The notes beneath the pieces are model-generated. The model saw only the letters and a program-made list of their open reading frames with translations. It did not search any database and had not been told where the DNA came from. From Macrostomum hystrix (lineage: Eukaryota; Animalia; Platyhelminthes), in assembly GCA_950097015.1 (NCBI GenBank), contig CATNEN010000029.1:3658001-3722000 (forward strand): a stretch of 64,000 nt of DNA, written 5' to 3'. Position 1 is the first letter of the stretch. Each line of letters starts with the position of its first letter. Below are positions 1 to 14,400 of the stretch, piece after piece. The translations under genes were made by a program, and so were the position numbers.

Positions 1-2418
1 TGCTCGGATCGATGCCATGGGCCTCAGTCAAGTTGTTCGGTGGAATCGGAATCAGCATCGACATGCTAGAATTGTCAGGTGTCGGCAGGTAGTCAGACTG
101 AACCATGACATCAAACAGATGACTCGGGTTAAGTGGAACCACAGTCACTTGAAGCAGCTCTGTCTCACTCACTACTCGGAAGCTGTGGTAAAACATGAGC
201 CATTTGTCTTCCGGTGTGCGATTAACCTGCAAGACCTCCGGCGGAGCAGTTGCCTAAGCTCAGCTCGAACGGTTCGACTGTGTCCGCAAGCGTTGCCGCT
301 CGACGTTTTCGTGAGTGACTGCTTGACGCAGCTGAGCAGTTTTCACGCTTGAGAATCATGACGCTGGATTTGACATTCTTTGCTGAAGACTGCCACACAT
401 ACGGGTTGTTTGTGGCAAACACAGCTTTCACGTTGCAACCATCGTTGCCAGTTGCTGGTAATGAAATTTCACCAAAGCTCGACTTTAACGTCACATTCAT
501 GTCTCCACTGTCGCCCATTCGCCGTCCGACTGCGGCCATGGGCGGTGTCACTGAATGAATACTCGCCGTTGGCCGTGTCTTGGATCACCATGCTGGTCAC
601 TTCGTCGATTTTGTTGAGAACGGTATCAATTACTCTTTTCGCTCTCGAGTTCAACCTCTGTGACTGCATTCGACAATGCAGCACCGCTCAGTGAAGTTGT
701 GGTCGCATCGAAAGGCAATGCAGTTGTCGTTCCGACATCCTGCACTGTGACCGTACAGTTCTCGAGCGTTTCATTGGACAATCCGCCACACAGAGTCGCT
801 AGTCGACTGTTCTCCACCTTGACTGTTGCATCTGACGCTTGCCAGATGTTTGATCCGGTTTTTACAAAGTCTAAAATGCAGCAAAGGCCGATGCGAGAAC
901 TAACTTTAAGGAGAAAGCAAAAAAGTCATTATACGAACTACTCGTAATTTCATTATTTTTTGCACAAGCAGAATTTCAAATGTCATCTTCAGCATAGTCC
1001 GTAGACTTCACCTTCTCCCATGGTAGTACCGATTAATAGAACTCATGTTGGACTTCAAAGTTCGATAGTTTCCAGTTAGGCTTGAAAACTTATCGACGAC
1101 GACTTCCTGTTGTGAACGTAATACTTTATCATGAATAATTACTATTTGAAAATCTCAAATTAAAACAAAAATTTACTAAATAGCTTTGAAAAATCTTACT
1201 TGAGAATTGAGAGTAACCTGATCAACTCGGAGTACAGAATTTCGCAGCAGCTCGTTGTTTGCTCCAGTGAGTCGGGTCGCATTCACGGTGAAGTTTGCGA
1301 TCACGTTAATAAATTGCGTTCGTTGCTGCAATAATACGAGCGTATCACAATTTAATCAGATTTAATTTAAACCGAAACTTAAGAAAACCGAAAGCGTTTC
1401 ACTGTAAAAAAACGAGGGAATGTACTTACCTGTGTCATCTTTACTCGGAAGCTCTCTCTTGACTCTGCAGGTTGAGTTGGCACCCTCTGCCTCTTCGTTC
1501 TTGACCGTTCATCAATGAGCCGACGCACAGTAGAGTGTGTAGAAGCCCCTTGTTGATCCCCTTTTCCTAAATACTTGTTTAGCTCAGGACTGCTCCACTC
1601 AGAATGTCAGATATGTTTTGAACGAGTACCTCAGGTGGAACAGGAGGGGGCTTAACCTGCAACGAATGGATTTCAGGAGAAACGTTACTCCAAGTAAAGC
1701 TGATGGTTTTCGCCTGCGAATCACTTACGTAGACATTGAAGACGTAGTCCTTTCTGTCACCAAGAGGGTCATAGATGTAAGCAATGAGATCAGCAGCGAA
1801 ATTATCCGTCGGTGAGCCGACCTGGGAAGAATATCTCTGGAGGCGTGGTCAAATCTCCATAGAAAAGAAGATTCGCTCGTCGGCTGCCCTTACTGCTGAA
1901 TCCGATACTCATAGGTCAAGTGCCCGGTGCTTGTATGAACTCTCTCCAGCCTGAGCAATTGATTTGGAACTTTGTCTCCATGGCGATTCCCCTTAGAGGA
2001 TTGACGCTGCAGTTTCCACCCAATGGAGGACTGTTAACAATGAACTCCAACTGATCGGTGACCGAGGACGCTTCTTGACCCTCATTGTAGGCTGTCACAT
2101 TGATAAAGTAGAAGCTGCCGTTCACAAGAGTAGAACTTGTTCCTTATCAAGTGCTGTTCGTAAAACGCCTAAAAATTTTTTTAGATTGGAATGGCGTTTA
2201 AACCAAAATGTCCATTGAAAATTTGTGTTTCAGGTTCAAAAGGCATTACCTCCTTTCGTGAATTCCGCGAGATTGTCATCTGCAGCAGTGCCCTGTCGAC
2301 GCATTCTCCAACGGTATTGGAGTGGCTGAAACTTGTGCCCACAATAAAGATTCGTGCAATCACTTGATATTCAAGGTCATGCAGAGATGTGATCTTGGAA
2401 TCACAATTCCGAACGCAA
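1..2418 (-). CDS. Copy A REJ and GAIN exons (frameshifted)
   Basis: Contains CVRNCDSK and NSPPLGGNCSVNPLRGIAMETKFQINCSGW REJ motifs; same exons as 47728-50128. Confidence 0.85.
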
Positions 2419-5400
2419 CTGAAAAAGCAAAAACACTAAAATTGCAAGACAAGCAAAAGCAGTCATTGCGTAATTTGAGATCAAATCACTTACACCATCT
2501 TGATCGGTCGGCGCCTTTTGTGGTCTCACTCGGAGAGATTTCTCACAATACTGCCACCTCGTGTCCTTGTACACAATCATTCTGAACAGGTACGTCCGAT
2601 TGGGCAAGAAGTCGTAGCTGTTTCCATTGAAGCGACCCGCGGTAGCGCTGTCACCTTTGTGAATGATTCCTGCTCCGTTGCCATAACAACCGCGATAGTT
2701 CTCAACACCCTGCTCAACTGGAAGTGGTATAATCGCAGTCAGATTAAACGGCTGCGATGAGTTCTCGGACAGCTGTAGGCACACCCAAGTGAACGTCATT
2801 CCTGTGTGATTTCCAGGCTCAACATCGGTAATCTCGAACGTGGTTGCTAGCCATGAAAATAAAACCTTTCGTTGTATTCCACTTCTGATGGTCCATCGAT
2901 TCCAGTACACTCTAGTGGTGTTTTGATCAATCTCGAGATAAAAGTTCAGCTCTGTGGACACTGGTGGTTGCACTTGGAGCCATGGACAAATTAAGCAGAA
3001 CATTGTAGACTCCGTACCACAGAGTTCGCTCAGGCAGCGAAATTGTGAATGAGTCTGCCAGATTTCTGAGGGCTGTGGCTCCACTTGTGTGATCTAATAT
3101 TCTCCAATACCTCCATGTGTTTTGAGTCTTTGTGCAGTTCAGGTCAGCCATCGCTTCTACACTAAAGGCCACAGAGCGCCGAAGAACGAGTCTTTTTTCT
3201 GGTCTCGAGGCGTTAGAACTGTTCCATTGAATGTAAAATTCAGTCCTGGCATCAAAGCAAAGCCAATCCAAAACCACTGCAATGTTTTCCGCTGTGTCAT
3301 TGCTGACACATGATTGAAAGCAAACACACTTGCAGAGTAGCTCCATAACCATGGGTACAAGTGTAGTAAATACAATTTTTTGTGTCCAGATACGAAAATC
3401 TCTGTAAAATTCATGCTGTGGCTTCTGGCATAGGGCTCACAGAGTTTCGGAATGCCAAAGCACGACCAGCTGATCGATCCCCAAACGTCACAACGAAGCA
3501 ACCATTGGTGCCGAATCTGGTAATGTTCAGCACGAATGTGGTTGCATTGTAGTTCAGAACACTGCCATTGTTGTAGAACGCACCGATAATCACAGCATCA
3601 AGGATGATCGCGACTGGTGTAGTTGTGAAGCGCCAGTCAAGGAGATTTGAACAGTTCACAGTGAAATTGCGCAAGCCAATGGCTGCTCGAGGAAACGAAA
3701 CTTCACTGTAGTCACTCTTGTTCCCATCCAGGTAGTCAATATATCGATAGAGACTTCCGAAGCCAGTAAAGTCAAACGAGCAGTGCATGTTAGTAACAGG
3801 GTAGCAGGGATGTGTGAGCCAGAAGCCTACAGTGGCAGGCGTGTACAGTACGCTTCTGTTGTATACTATCGTTGGACATGTCACTGGGTCGAGGATGATG
3901 ATGGGACCAATCGAGGCGCTCAGAGAGTTAAGCGTGTTCCACACAGTCAGATTCACTGTGTAGTTTCCAACTTTTGTAAAGTTGTGCTTCACGGCGAGGT
4001 CTTTGTCCACTGCAAACAGCGACGGGTGCGTGTAGTTTTCCACTGGCGAGTCGTCTCCGAAATTGAAGCTGAAAAGCACGTTTGATCCATTGAGCAACTT
4101 TGATATGATATCCACTGTTGTCATTCTATGCTCAAGTAGTGTTGAATGCAGACTTAGTCCGAAATGCGCTCCTCGCAAGATAGGTTAGACACGACAGATG
4201 CTCGCGAAACCAGATTCCAGCATGACACCAGGACGCTCACCGGTGTGCCAATCATTGAGCGCTGGCACAAAAGTTGCTGTGGCTGACTGGTAGAGTTTAC
4301 CCAGCTTAGCTCAAAATGAGAACTGGCAAACGAAACCAGACACGAAACGTGGGTTGGGAATGGAGTCAATGGGTGGGTGACGTCGATGCCAAATCGTCCA
4401 TCGGGAACCTGAACACTCAAAGGAGCTGTCAGCACTAACCTCTGCAGAATGTGTTGCACGGTTACATTTCTCACATAGACGGTTTTCCTGGTGTGGAAAT
4501 TAAATGCCGTCACCTGGACATCGTACACTCCATGGTTTGGATAGTTCCATATGTAAGCATCTGATGTGTCAGCCGATAGTCTGGAGTTGTCAGCTACTGT
4601 CACGTTCCGTCCATCACCCACAAGAATTATATAGGAAACATGTGTGCCCGTCGCCAGGCTGATATTGGCCATCGAGTCTTCTGTTGAGCGATAGAGTGTG
4701 TTGTTCAAGAACACTGTCAGACCTGTTATGTTTTCTTGCTTCATCACATAGAATGTTCGGTTAAAGTTGTAGAACTGGTTCCAGCAAGTACATTGGTCCA
4801 CACGAACGGCTCGTCGACGACATAAGCCAAAGTCACAACTTGAGGTACATAGCGAGGCACTGTGAGCTGCACATACGTGATGCGATCTGTTTCTGTCTCC
4901 ATGCTGCAGTTGATGATGAGATGTGAATATCTTGAGCCATTTGTCATCCGAAATGTGAAGCTCACGTTGATCGGAACGGCATATGGATAGTATTGATAGC
5001 TGATATCTAGGAAGTCGACCAGCTCGGGCACAACATTGATTGCATTCGAAATAATGACTTCGTTGACTTCGTTCCACATGCGACAAGTGACATTGAAGCG
5101 ACCGACATCGCTCCTGTAGTCATAGTACGTATCGAATCCCATGGAATAGAAGCTTGCAATGTGATTCCGTTGTGCCCAGTTCCAACGATAGCTTGCTCCA
5201 GTGGCGTAGCTAATGTTCACGTCGATTGTTGATGCTACGTCCCAGTGCGCCGAGGCCATGAAAGTCTCGCCTAAGCGGACTGTGCTTTCTGACAAGACGC
5301 ATGTGGCATTTGTGACTGGGACACCTGGGCATATCAGGGCTCCAGACAATTGTCGGCATAAAACATTGTTGGACGCGTCCTCCTCAATGAATGAAGCTGC

Positions 5401-8400
5401 GACAGTGCGATTAAAAATGACGCAGTACTTGGTCATGTTCTCACAGTTTGTTAGTGAGACATTAAACATTGCCTGACAAGTGAAATTCACTGTGCTGTTG
5501 GGATCAAGTCTCTGCTGCTGTTGATCGACACTGCAGCTCTGCCATATCGCACTAGCGTGAAGTCTCATGTTGTCAGAGGCAAGGAAGATTGTGGGCATGA
5601 AGTTTCGTCGGTTGCCAGTCACTTCAGTCACGTGAAGTCCATTCACGTGACTCAGGGTAGAATTCCAGTAAATCAATGTGTTGTAGCGAGACAACCAAGA
5701 GCTGTTCTGTGCTGACAGATAGACTGAGCTCACGGCCGTATCAATAAAAGGTGCGCAGTTCATGCTGATGGGTTGACAAAGAATGTTATTGCTCGGCACA
5801 GTTTCTGTGAAGCTGGAGTTTTCACCGTTTGTACTCGATACACAAATGTGTGTTGTCAGTTCACACAGAGTTAGTTTAAAGTCGAAACCCCCAGACAAAC
5901 GGAAGCTCAGAGACTGTCCGATGGAGAGTCCGCGCTGCACTTCGGTCAGATTCGATGTCAGATTCGAAGTAACAATCACATTCGAGTCGAGACACGAAGC
6001 ATTGTTGGAACAGTTGGATGACATCAGATAGGCAGTGAATACAAAGTTCTCATCTAGGTCTTGGACTGCACGAATGTCATATGCACCCGAGTTCGCTTGA
6101 ACAGTCACCAAAAGACCAAAGTCATTATGAATGGATCTGGTAAAGACTTTCGGGTTTGAGGAAGTGATGCCGAAAGCAGTCACTCGAGTGTCTGTGTTAG
6201 GCTGACAATTGCGTATTGATGTGATGGACGAGCAGCCACCATTGTTTGTATAGTTGAGATCGCGATAGTACGAGTCGTCAGAGTTGACGACGGCAACGCA
6301 CAAATATGAGCACGCTTTGCATCTGCTTCCAGTTGGAAGCTGAACTGTTCCAGATATCATGAATGTAAGATTTAGTCCGATGGCACCGTAGGCTGCTTGG
6401 TCACCGTCTAGGACCTGCATGTAGCCAGCTCTAAAGTAGTCAGCTAATGGATCTGGATACAGCGATGTCAGCTCGGACCACATATACACGCTAAAGTTGT
6501 AATTGATATTCGGAGGAGACACTGACGTGATGTTGGCAGTTCCATTTCGTACTTTTAGAGTTAGACTTTGGTTAAAGTTTTTCCTGAACGAGCGCACAAA
6601 TGAGCCACTGAGACCGGATACAATGAATGACGAGGCGGCTTCCAAGTCCACAACTAAATATTTCAAATTACTTTTGTCATGAATTGCTTTTCTGGTTTAG
6701 AAGAATTCCAGTTCACTCCTTACCTGGTTTGCACATTCCCCGATTTAGATACCAGCCGACTGTGCAGTTGCATCGTGTTCGGTACATTGTGTCTGGGGCG
6801 AGACACACAGATCTGTTGACAATAACACAGTTGAGATCGCTGGTGCAGTCCTCGCTCAAGTTGCGAGCTGTAACAAAATTATTGGAAAATAAAGACTAAC
6901 GTTAGTTCATCTTTGGATATGTCTTAGCAGAGAAAGTAAGATTCTCGCTCGTTCGTCTCTGAAATTTACCTGGATAAGCATATGCCGGCTCAACAATCCT
7001 CATAAGCACCCTTCCACCCTCAAACATTGGTGACCACGAGATCCTGTCAGATGAGGTTGCCGACCCACTTCCGGTCATCTTGTTGTCATAGCAGCCCGAT
7101 GACTTGTACCACCAACCGCTGCCTCCGGAAATGGCACAGCTCCTCTGTGGCCCGTTGTCGAATGTCGAGAACTGCGTCAAGTCGTGATTGGCCAGCCGCA
7201 TGGAATCCGAGAACGCAGTGAAGCAGCTCTCGAAGTGTGCTTTGTATCCTTCGTACACAGAGTCTATCCAGAAGCGATTGCACTCCACATACTGGAACTT
7301 GCCATTCTTGTCCCACATGTCGATGCGCAGTCGATACTTGTTGAAGATGGACAGCGTGCGCATGGCTTCGGTGCCGATCCAGAAACTGCTGGAGTTGAGC
7401 AGACTCTCCATGTCGTAAAAGCCACGTCGATAGTCCTCAAAACTGCGGTTCATGCTCCAGGAGGCATTGAAGTTTTTGTAGATGACAATCCAATTGTCTT
7501 GACATTGAGCAGGCATGTTGCCATATAGAGAGTGAGGCACGTAAATTTCGGATCGATTGATGCAGCTCAGAGCATCCACTGGAAAGGAATTTTAGCTTTA
7601 GTATTGACTCTATGTCCCAATACTGCAATTCTGCGGTCTGCAATTAGACCGCAGGCTCACTAATTTTCCAAATATATATTGTGTTCTAGAGTACTAGTAA
7701 AGGTAAATTTATATTGGAATTTTTATCGCATTCCACAAATGCTAAGAGACATTTATAATGATAGGAAATAGAGTGTGGCAGATTTATTTACAAACAGTGA
7801 TCGGATAAACACAAGTAGCTTAAAAGGCATTAAAATTGCGTTGAGGCACTTACCGTTTACAGGACATCCAAAAACGTCAAACTTCATTGCTCTGGGATTT
7901 CCTGCTGGATTTGTCGTTACTTTCAGCCTGTTAGTGTAGAATGGCTTTCGTAGAATGTGGTTAAATGGACATGACAGATAGCCGCTTTGAACCGTTAAGG
8001 TGCTCTGAAAATTTGGATATCATAAAGTGCGAGAAATCAGAATATTTTTCTTCAATTAATTAAATATGATTTGGCCCTTAGAGTGTCGCTTACAGCAGTC
8101 CCGCTAGACGAAAACGATCCAGTCACCAATGTATTTCCTGCCTGAGTCAGATCAGAGTACTCGAGATCGAAGCCCGTGTATTCACGGTTTGTGCTGGAGC
8201 TCTCAATACCAGCACCACTGGCTGACAGTGCTGTGAATAAGAAGGTCTGATTGAATGTGATCTGCAATGTACGAGGTAGAATATGGTAAACATTTATTCT
8301 GTGTCTGTGGACCACCAATGTGTCTAGCTAGTCGATGTCTCGATTCGATCATAAAAAACGGTTCGTATGTGACATGAAAAACTTATAAATGACACAGAAC

Positions 8401-11400
8401 AGCGGCCATGCTTACCGTCACCCAGTCACCACTCCAAAATCCAGTCGTCAAATCCGGCACGATGGCCAGTGGAATTCCCGAAGCAGATCCCGCCCAGATG
8501 TTTCCACTGGCAAAGCTGAACGGAATCGAGTTATTCGGATCGAAAAAGTTTGTCCAGCAAGACTCTGAAAGACCGCAGGCGTTAAAAATGTTTGTTCTCA
8601 GTGGCTCCTTGACTAAAAGTGAAAAATTCGAATTCAAAGCCATCATACCTCGACAGATTTGCTCAATCACGAAGCTCCCACTCTGCGAAGTTGTCGCAAA
8701 GCCGACGCTGAGAGAAGTCATGCGTGAGATGGTTGTCACCTGCTCTGTTGTAGCAATCATCTCCATCGTTCCGCAGATTTCCTTGTTGCTCTGACAATAC
8801 TTGATGGTCTCCGCTACACGTCTCCATGGCTGAGAAACTTTTTCCAGCCCTGCCTGGCTCAGAGCTGTGCTTTTCGAATCGAAATACACGTTGTACAGCA
8901 TGTTGTCACACTGGCGACTCATCTTCTTTGCTAAAGAGGAATAAGTTTTTATAGCCTGCAGAAAAATATAAAGAATTCGATTCAAATGCAAGTCGTTTTA
9001 TGATGGCTGTCGAACATACCAGCCTCCACTTCGCACACTACGAAAGCACTCGTGCATGTAGCACTAGATTTCCAATTCTCAGTGAGCAAAGTAGAGTAAG
9101 CACATGTGTCTGCGGCTGCGGGCTCATCGAAGCGCCAGTTCTTCCACACAGGTGGCTGATTATTGTGTTCTAGAACCCACGCTCCAGTCGCGTTTTTAAC
9201 TACTCCAATGTGAACCATGTAGTTGTTGGCAGTGAAAGAATTGCTCACGCCACGAGACCTTAAAGTTTTCAGATAAAACTTTTTATGACTATTGAGGAAG
9301 TCCTAGATAGTAGCTCGTATGATTTATTTGCAATAAAGATCAATTAAGTGCGATAGATCAATAGGTCTATGTAGCAGAAATGAACAGGAAATTATACTGC
9401 TTACTGCATGAGGTCAGCATATCCGATTCGAATGACAATATTGTCATAGAAACTGTTGGCACAAAGAGGCGTCCTTTGCTAGCCCATGTCATGTTGGCAC
9501 AATACTGCCTTGCGATCTCCCTGTGCACAGACCCCTGGTAGTCCGTGTAGTAGTGCACGCAGCGGCCATTGTAGTAGTAAAAGTTCTTTGGACACTCTGA
9601 ATAGATAAATATATGAATGTCTGTATCAGTATAAATATGAGAGCTGTAAAATATGAACACCAGGCTGTTTTACTGGGCGCTGGACTTGTTATGCAGTGAT
9701 TTTGGTGCATCGCTACTGCATCTCTACTTTCCCGAGCATTCATTTCTAGCTGATTATAGATAACACAAAGAACGAAGGTCTCGCTATCGTGTGTTTGTTC
9801 TTACATATTGCCTAATCAAAGGTAAACTGCTTCATGAAAATATAAGAGATATTCGGGCTCTTTGCCGAAACTACTTCTATCGCGAAGAACTCCGTTGTGG
9901 AGTTGCTAGTGTTCCACTGCGGCCACGAAAACGTCTGTGCTCTGAAAACTACCCTGATCTCAATGCGAAGCGGTTTCACAGCTATTTCACAGCGATATCG
10001 ACAACATTTGTTGCTTCCTTGTCAGCAAGTTTACCTAGCGAAAAACATTTGGCTAAGCTTAACTTCAAGGTTACTATATATCGTAGAGAGAGGCCTCTCC
10101 CCATAAACTATGCACTTCGGTCTGATGTCGGCCTGAGTTGCTGACACTAGATACATCGATAAATGAGCATAAGAGAATGTCTTACCGTCAGCTTCACGTC
10201 CATAGAAACTAAGACCAACGCTTGCACAGTAGTCTCCAAATAACTTTCGAACAACAATCTGGCCCGCAGTCACCGTGCGGTTCAGCCAGATATCAGTGTT
10301 CGTCGCCATTACCGACTTGTTCTAAATCAAAATAAAAGTCCTTCATTCCATAATTAGCTAGAATTATGGAATGCATTCAGACTAAGCGTTTGTGTTTCTC
10401 TTACAGTAGGACGCAACCAGGTTGTTGTTGAAGTCCAAGAAATCGAATTGCAGTGTTTGGTTTCTTGAACATCCCGTCGGGTAGAGGCTCACATTAGAGA
10501 GGTGATGCACATTATCGAGAACAAATCGATATTCATTTCTGGCACCGCTCGTTATCCTGGGCCTGGCTTGATAAAGAAGCGCCACTCTCTATCATTCTCG
10601 TGAAGCTTATAACTGGGCACTCTAAAATTATACGGATTAGGGTGTTTAAATGTGATAATGACTTTTATTTGCCTTTTTGAATCAAAAGAGCCTCAAAGTT
10701 ATTACAAGACCTTCAGGAAATCCAAGGAATCCGAGACGTGAAATGCATAACGCGTTGTTCGCACTGGGTTTGTAGATCATGTACTTGGCGACAACTGGAG
10801 TCTGGAGATCCTGTCGGATCCATTGTTTGTCCTCTTGGTTTGCGAGGAACGTTGTGTTTCCTGTTTGCGAGCTGTTGAGCAGCTTGCATTGGAGCATCAT
10901 CTGTCTGTCCATAGTACAGCTCATAGGATGTGACATAATATGAGCTTCCTCCAGCAGTCACAACTGCAAACACTCGCTGAGGAATCTCGAATGTTATAAT
11001 CATGTAGGAGCCACCGCATAATATTCTAAAGCCAGGCCGATAGTACACTCCAATCGTAGCTAATGTCAGTGCCCCAGTTAAGATTGATGGATGTCACCAC
11101 GCGGTCAGCATTGAAGTAATTTCCGATCTTGGTGGTCGACACCTTGTACGGGTGGTAGTAGATTTCTGGGAGAATGAGTGCGTAAGGCTCCGTCACGCAA
11201 CCGAATACTTCGAGTTTTCCAGCTGAGCGACCCGTGTTGGCCAGAGAGTAAATTCGCAGGAATGCAGCTTCGACTGACGGGATCAGGCGCTCAGTTGATG
11301 AGCCATAGGAGTCCGGGGAGTTGTATTCATTTTATAAGGCTGATTTCTGCACCCACTAACCAACAGTCGGAACGTCGATCTAAAGTAGAGAAGTGTTTTC

Positions 11401-14400
11401 ATTCGCAAGGCTGTGTATCGAAACTCTGAATAGTAAGTGCTAGCACGACCTGGGAAATGTTGAGCCTGCGCTCAAATAGCCAGGACATCGCTGGGCAGTG
11501 AGCAATCTGAAGTTTAAATAATAAAGTTGTTGTCTTTCCTTTGCAAACTTGACTGTGTCTAAAAAAGCTGATTGTCTCACGAAAAATTTCTTTATAACGA
11601 ATTTAGTATTTAAACTGAATAAAATTTTCCTAAAAACTGAATACTTTTATCAAAACTTGGATTCGGCTTTATATATCCAAGTAAATCAGTAACTGACTTG
11701 ATCAAACATTTCTCACTTAAATTGAAAAGGAAGCGATTATGCTATAGCAAGCCTATGAAGACATTTTTCAGTTTTTATTGCGTTAAGCTTACATGTCGTG
11801 TACGGCGTGCACTCTCTGTGGGCCCAATGACTTCTGAAGGTGTCAAACGATAGGCTGAACGCTTGCAGGCAGAACAAAAATCCGTAGCTACCGTTTCCAA
11901 ACACTAGCGTCTCGCTACAATGATTAAGCATGCAGCAACGATGATGAAAGGGTAATGAAGTTTGTTATATGAACCACTTCTATTGTCAATACTAACCTCG
12001 ACAATGATCGAACCGGATCATTGTTTTTATCGGCGATGAGAACACGACTCGGTGACCCTCGTTACGACCAGTTGTGCGGGCGATCTCGTGACGGCCAAGC
12101 AGAAATAGTGCCAGAAGTATGTAGCCTTCAGATTTCCTGGTCACCACAGTGGCAGCCCCAGATTGGCGAATCACTCGGGCCTCAAAGTTGTTGGCATTGT
12201 GTACCGGAACTGCAGACTGTCCCCAGACGATCGCAGAACAGGCCTTGTGTAGTCATAGCTAGCGTTGAAGTAGCTGTAGAAACAAACTGTGTACTCGTTG
12301 CCGTCCATCTCCAGTGCACCACTGGCGGGCACCTCCAGAGTGCTGTTTGAGTTTCCAAGAAGAAGAGAGCTCCGTTGGTTCTGAATGTGGGTCCACTGGC
12401 CCAGCTGATGTTCGAGCCGAGATCGCCATGTCGCATGCTGGATTGAATGTCATTTGCTTGAGTCTCTTGCACCAGTGGCCAGAAGCCAACACGATATTTG
12501 TTAAGTTGGACTGTTTGCGACTCGGGGTCTGTGAAATATTGCAAATATCGTGAAACTGCCTTAGTGCAAGCTCTTTGTATTGAATAATAAAGTCAAAATT
12601 AAGAATTAAGTCAAAAACCAAAATTCCTCACCCCATGACTGAACCTTGTAAGAAACACTGTTTGCAGAATAACGGAATAGTTCTGATTTTGACGTAACAT
12701 TTGTTGTTAGTAGCCCTGGAACACCGTTCACCAACTGTAAATCACATGTCGTGTCTGAAAGCATGTGGTATATGGGTTTTAATCTAATTTTTCAGGGCAA
12801 GCAACAGTAGCAGCATTCCAAGATTGCTGTTTACAGAAAGGCACTTACTGTAAGTCAGCCACTGAAGCATGTTGTAGTTAGTGTTGAACCGATTGATCAT
12901 CCCATCGTTCGTGTGGGTTGCATTTTCGTCGCTGAACTTTGAGACAACGGGAATTCCAGTGAACACAGACTTGCATGTTGGTGCTAGCTCATGGAAGCAG
13001 TCAAAGAGCTGACGCAAGTGACTCAGTCCACTGTATGAAGCCATGTAATAATTATTGTCGTAGTACATCATGCGCTTGACGTATACCTTCCGAGCCTGTC
13101 TGTCCTGCTTCACATCTAAAAGTTAGATTGTTTGAATTTCGTTTTGGTTCGAGCAAATATATCTGATTCGACTAGGTTTGTTAGTTTCAATCGAGTGTGC
13201 TCATCTCTTACAGTTTTTCGTGTACACAACAACTTCAGCAAACGAGAAGCAGCAGCTGAGTCTCTCGCGTCTCAGAATCACCATAACGGCCATAGAATCC
13301 ACACATTATTTCGATCACATCTCCTGGGCTGAATGCTTGCGTCATCTTTTGACAGAGAATGGAGTAGAACATCGAGGCAGTGTAAGGATTGTCGCTCATT
13401 GTCTGCGACACCCAGGCTTCATAACTGCTGAGAATTTTCTGGAGAAATTAGAAAATTTATGGCTTCGAGAAGTGCACATGATCGCATGTTTAGCAATTGT
13501 CAATGTTCCTTATTGACAGGTACAAATAATTTCGACTCACCCGCTCGCATCAGTGCGGAGGTATATCCAAACTTCAGTCACGTACTGAACACTCAGCATG
13601 TCCACGCGCCACCAATCGCTACGTTGAGGGATGACGTGACCGAGTCGACGAGAACATTTTCGATGCAGTGTTACGAGCGAAGTCTCCGTCATTGGCGGCA
13701 GTGGCGCTGTATCCTGAGCGCAGATCGTAATAACTGACAGGATTTCCTGTAATATTGACGGGCGCTGCAACCATCGAGTATCCCGTGTTCAGTGCATTCA
13801 CCTCACAGATGAACTGGTTAGGCTGACTGTTATGTGTCACATTGATATTGCGCACGTTCCGCCCATGTCCAAGTCCATCATCAAGCATTCTTTGCCGGAC
13901 TGCTGTGGCGCCAGAACTTCCAGTCGACAAAGCTCCGTCCCACCACTGCCACTGACCAGTTGTTCGGTTGTACTGCCCGTCGATGTGAACAAACTTGTGC
14001 AGTCCTTGGCCACTGAAGCACGCGTGATACGGATGTATTGGCAAATACGAGCTATTGGTACATTACTAATGGGTGAGACATCAGAATATTCGGATTAAAA
14101 ATATCCTACCTAGTGATGGAGTTGAAAAACATGTAGTAGAAGAGCTGGTTCTCCAGCACAGTCTTCGGACTGCCAAATGTCCGCTACCGTTCCAGTGCAT
14201 CGACTCGCAGATCTCTTTAGCCAGCATTGGTGGTGCGACAGTGTGCGGGAAGGAGCTGTTCATGCCGTAGGGAACCCAGTAGCAGCTATCCTTGTGACGG
14301 AAGAAGCCAAACGGACAGTCTAAAGGATATTAGTATTCTAGTAACATTGTTGTTGATTTAAAATGACGTTTTTTCTTTTTTGGTACTATTGGATCAGAAA

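Larger units (their letters stand above)
1..13992. repeat. Near-identical direct duplicate of 47728-64000 (copy A side)
   Basis: Base 1 (tgctcggatcgatgcc) matches 47728, and 13992 (cgatgtgaacaa) matches 64000. Paired ORFs in the track have the same translations. Confidence 0.98.
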
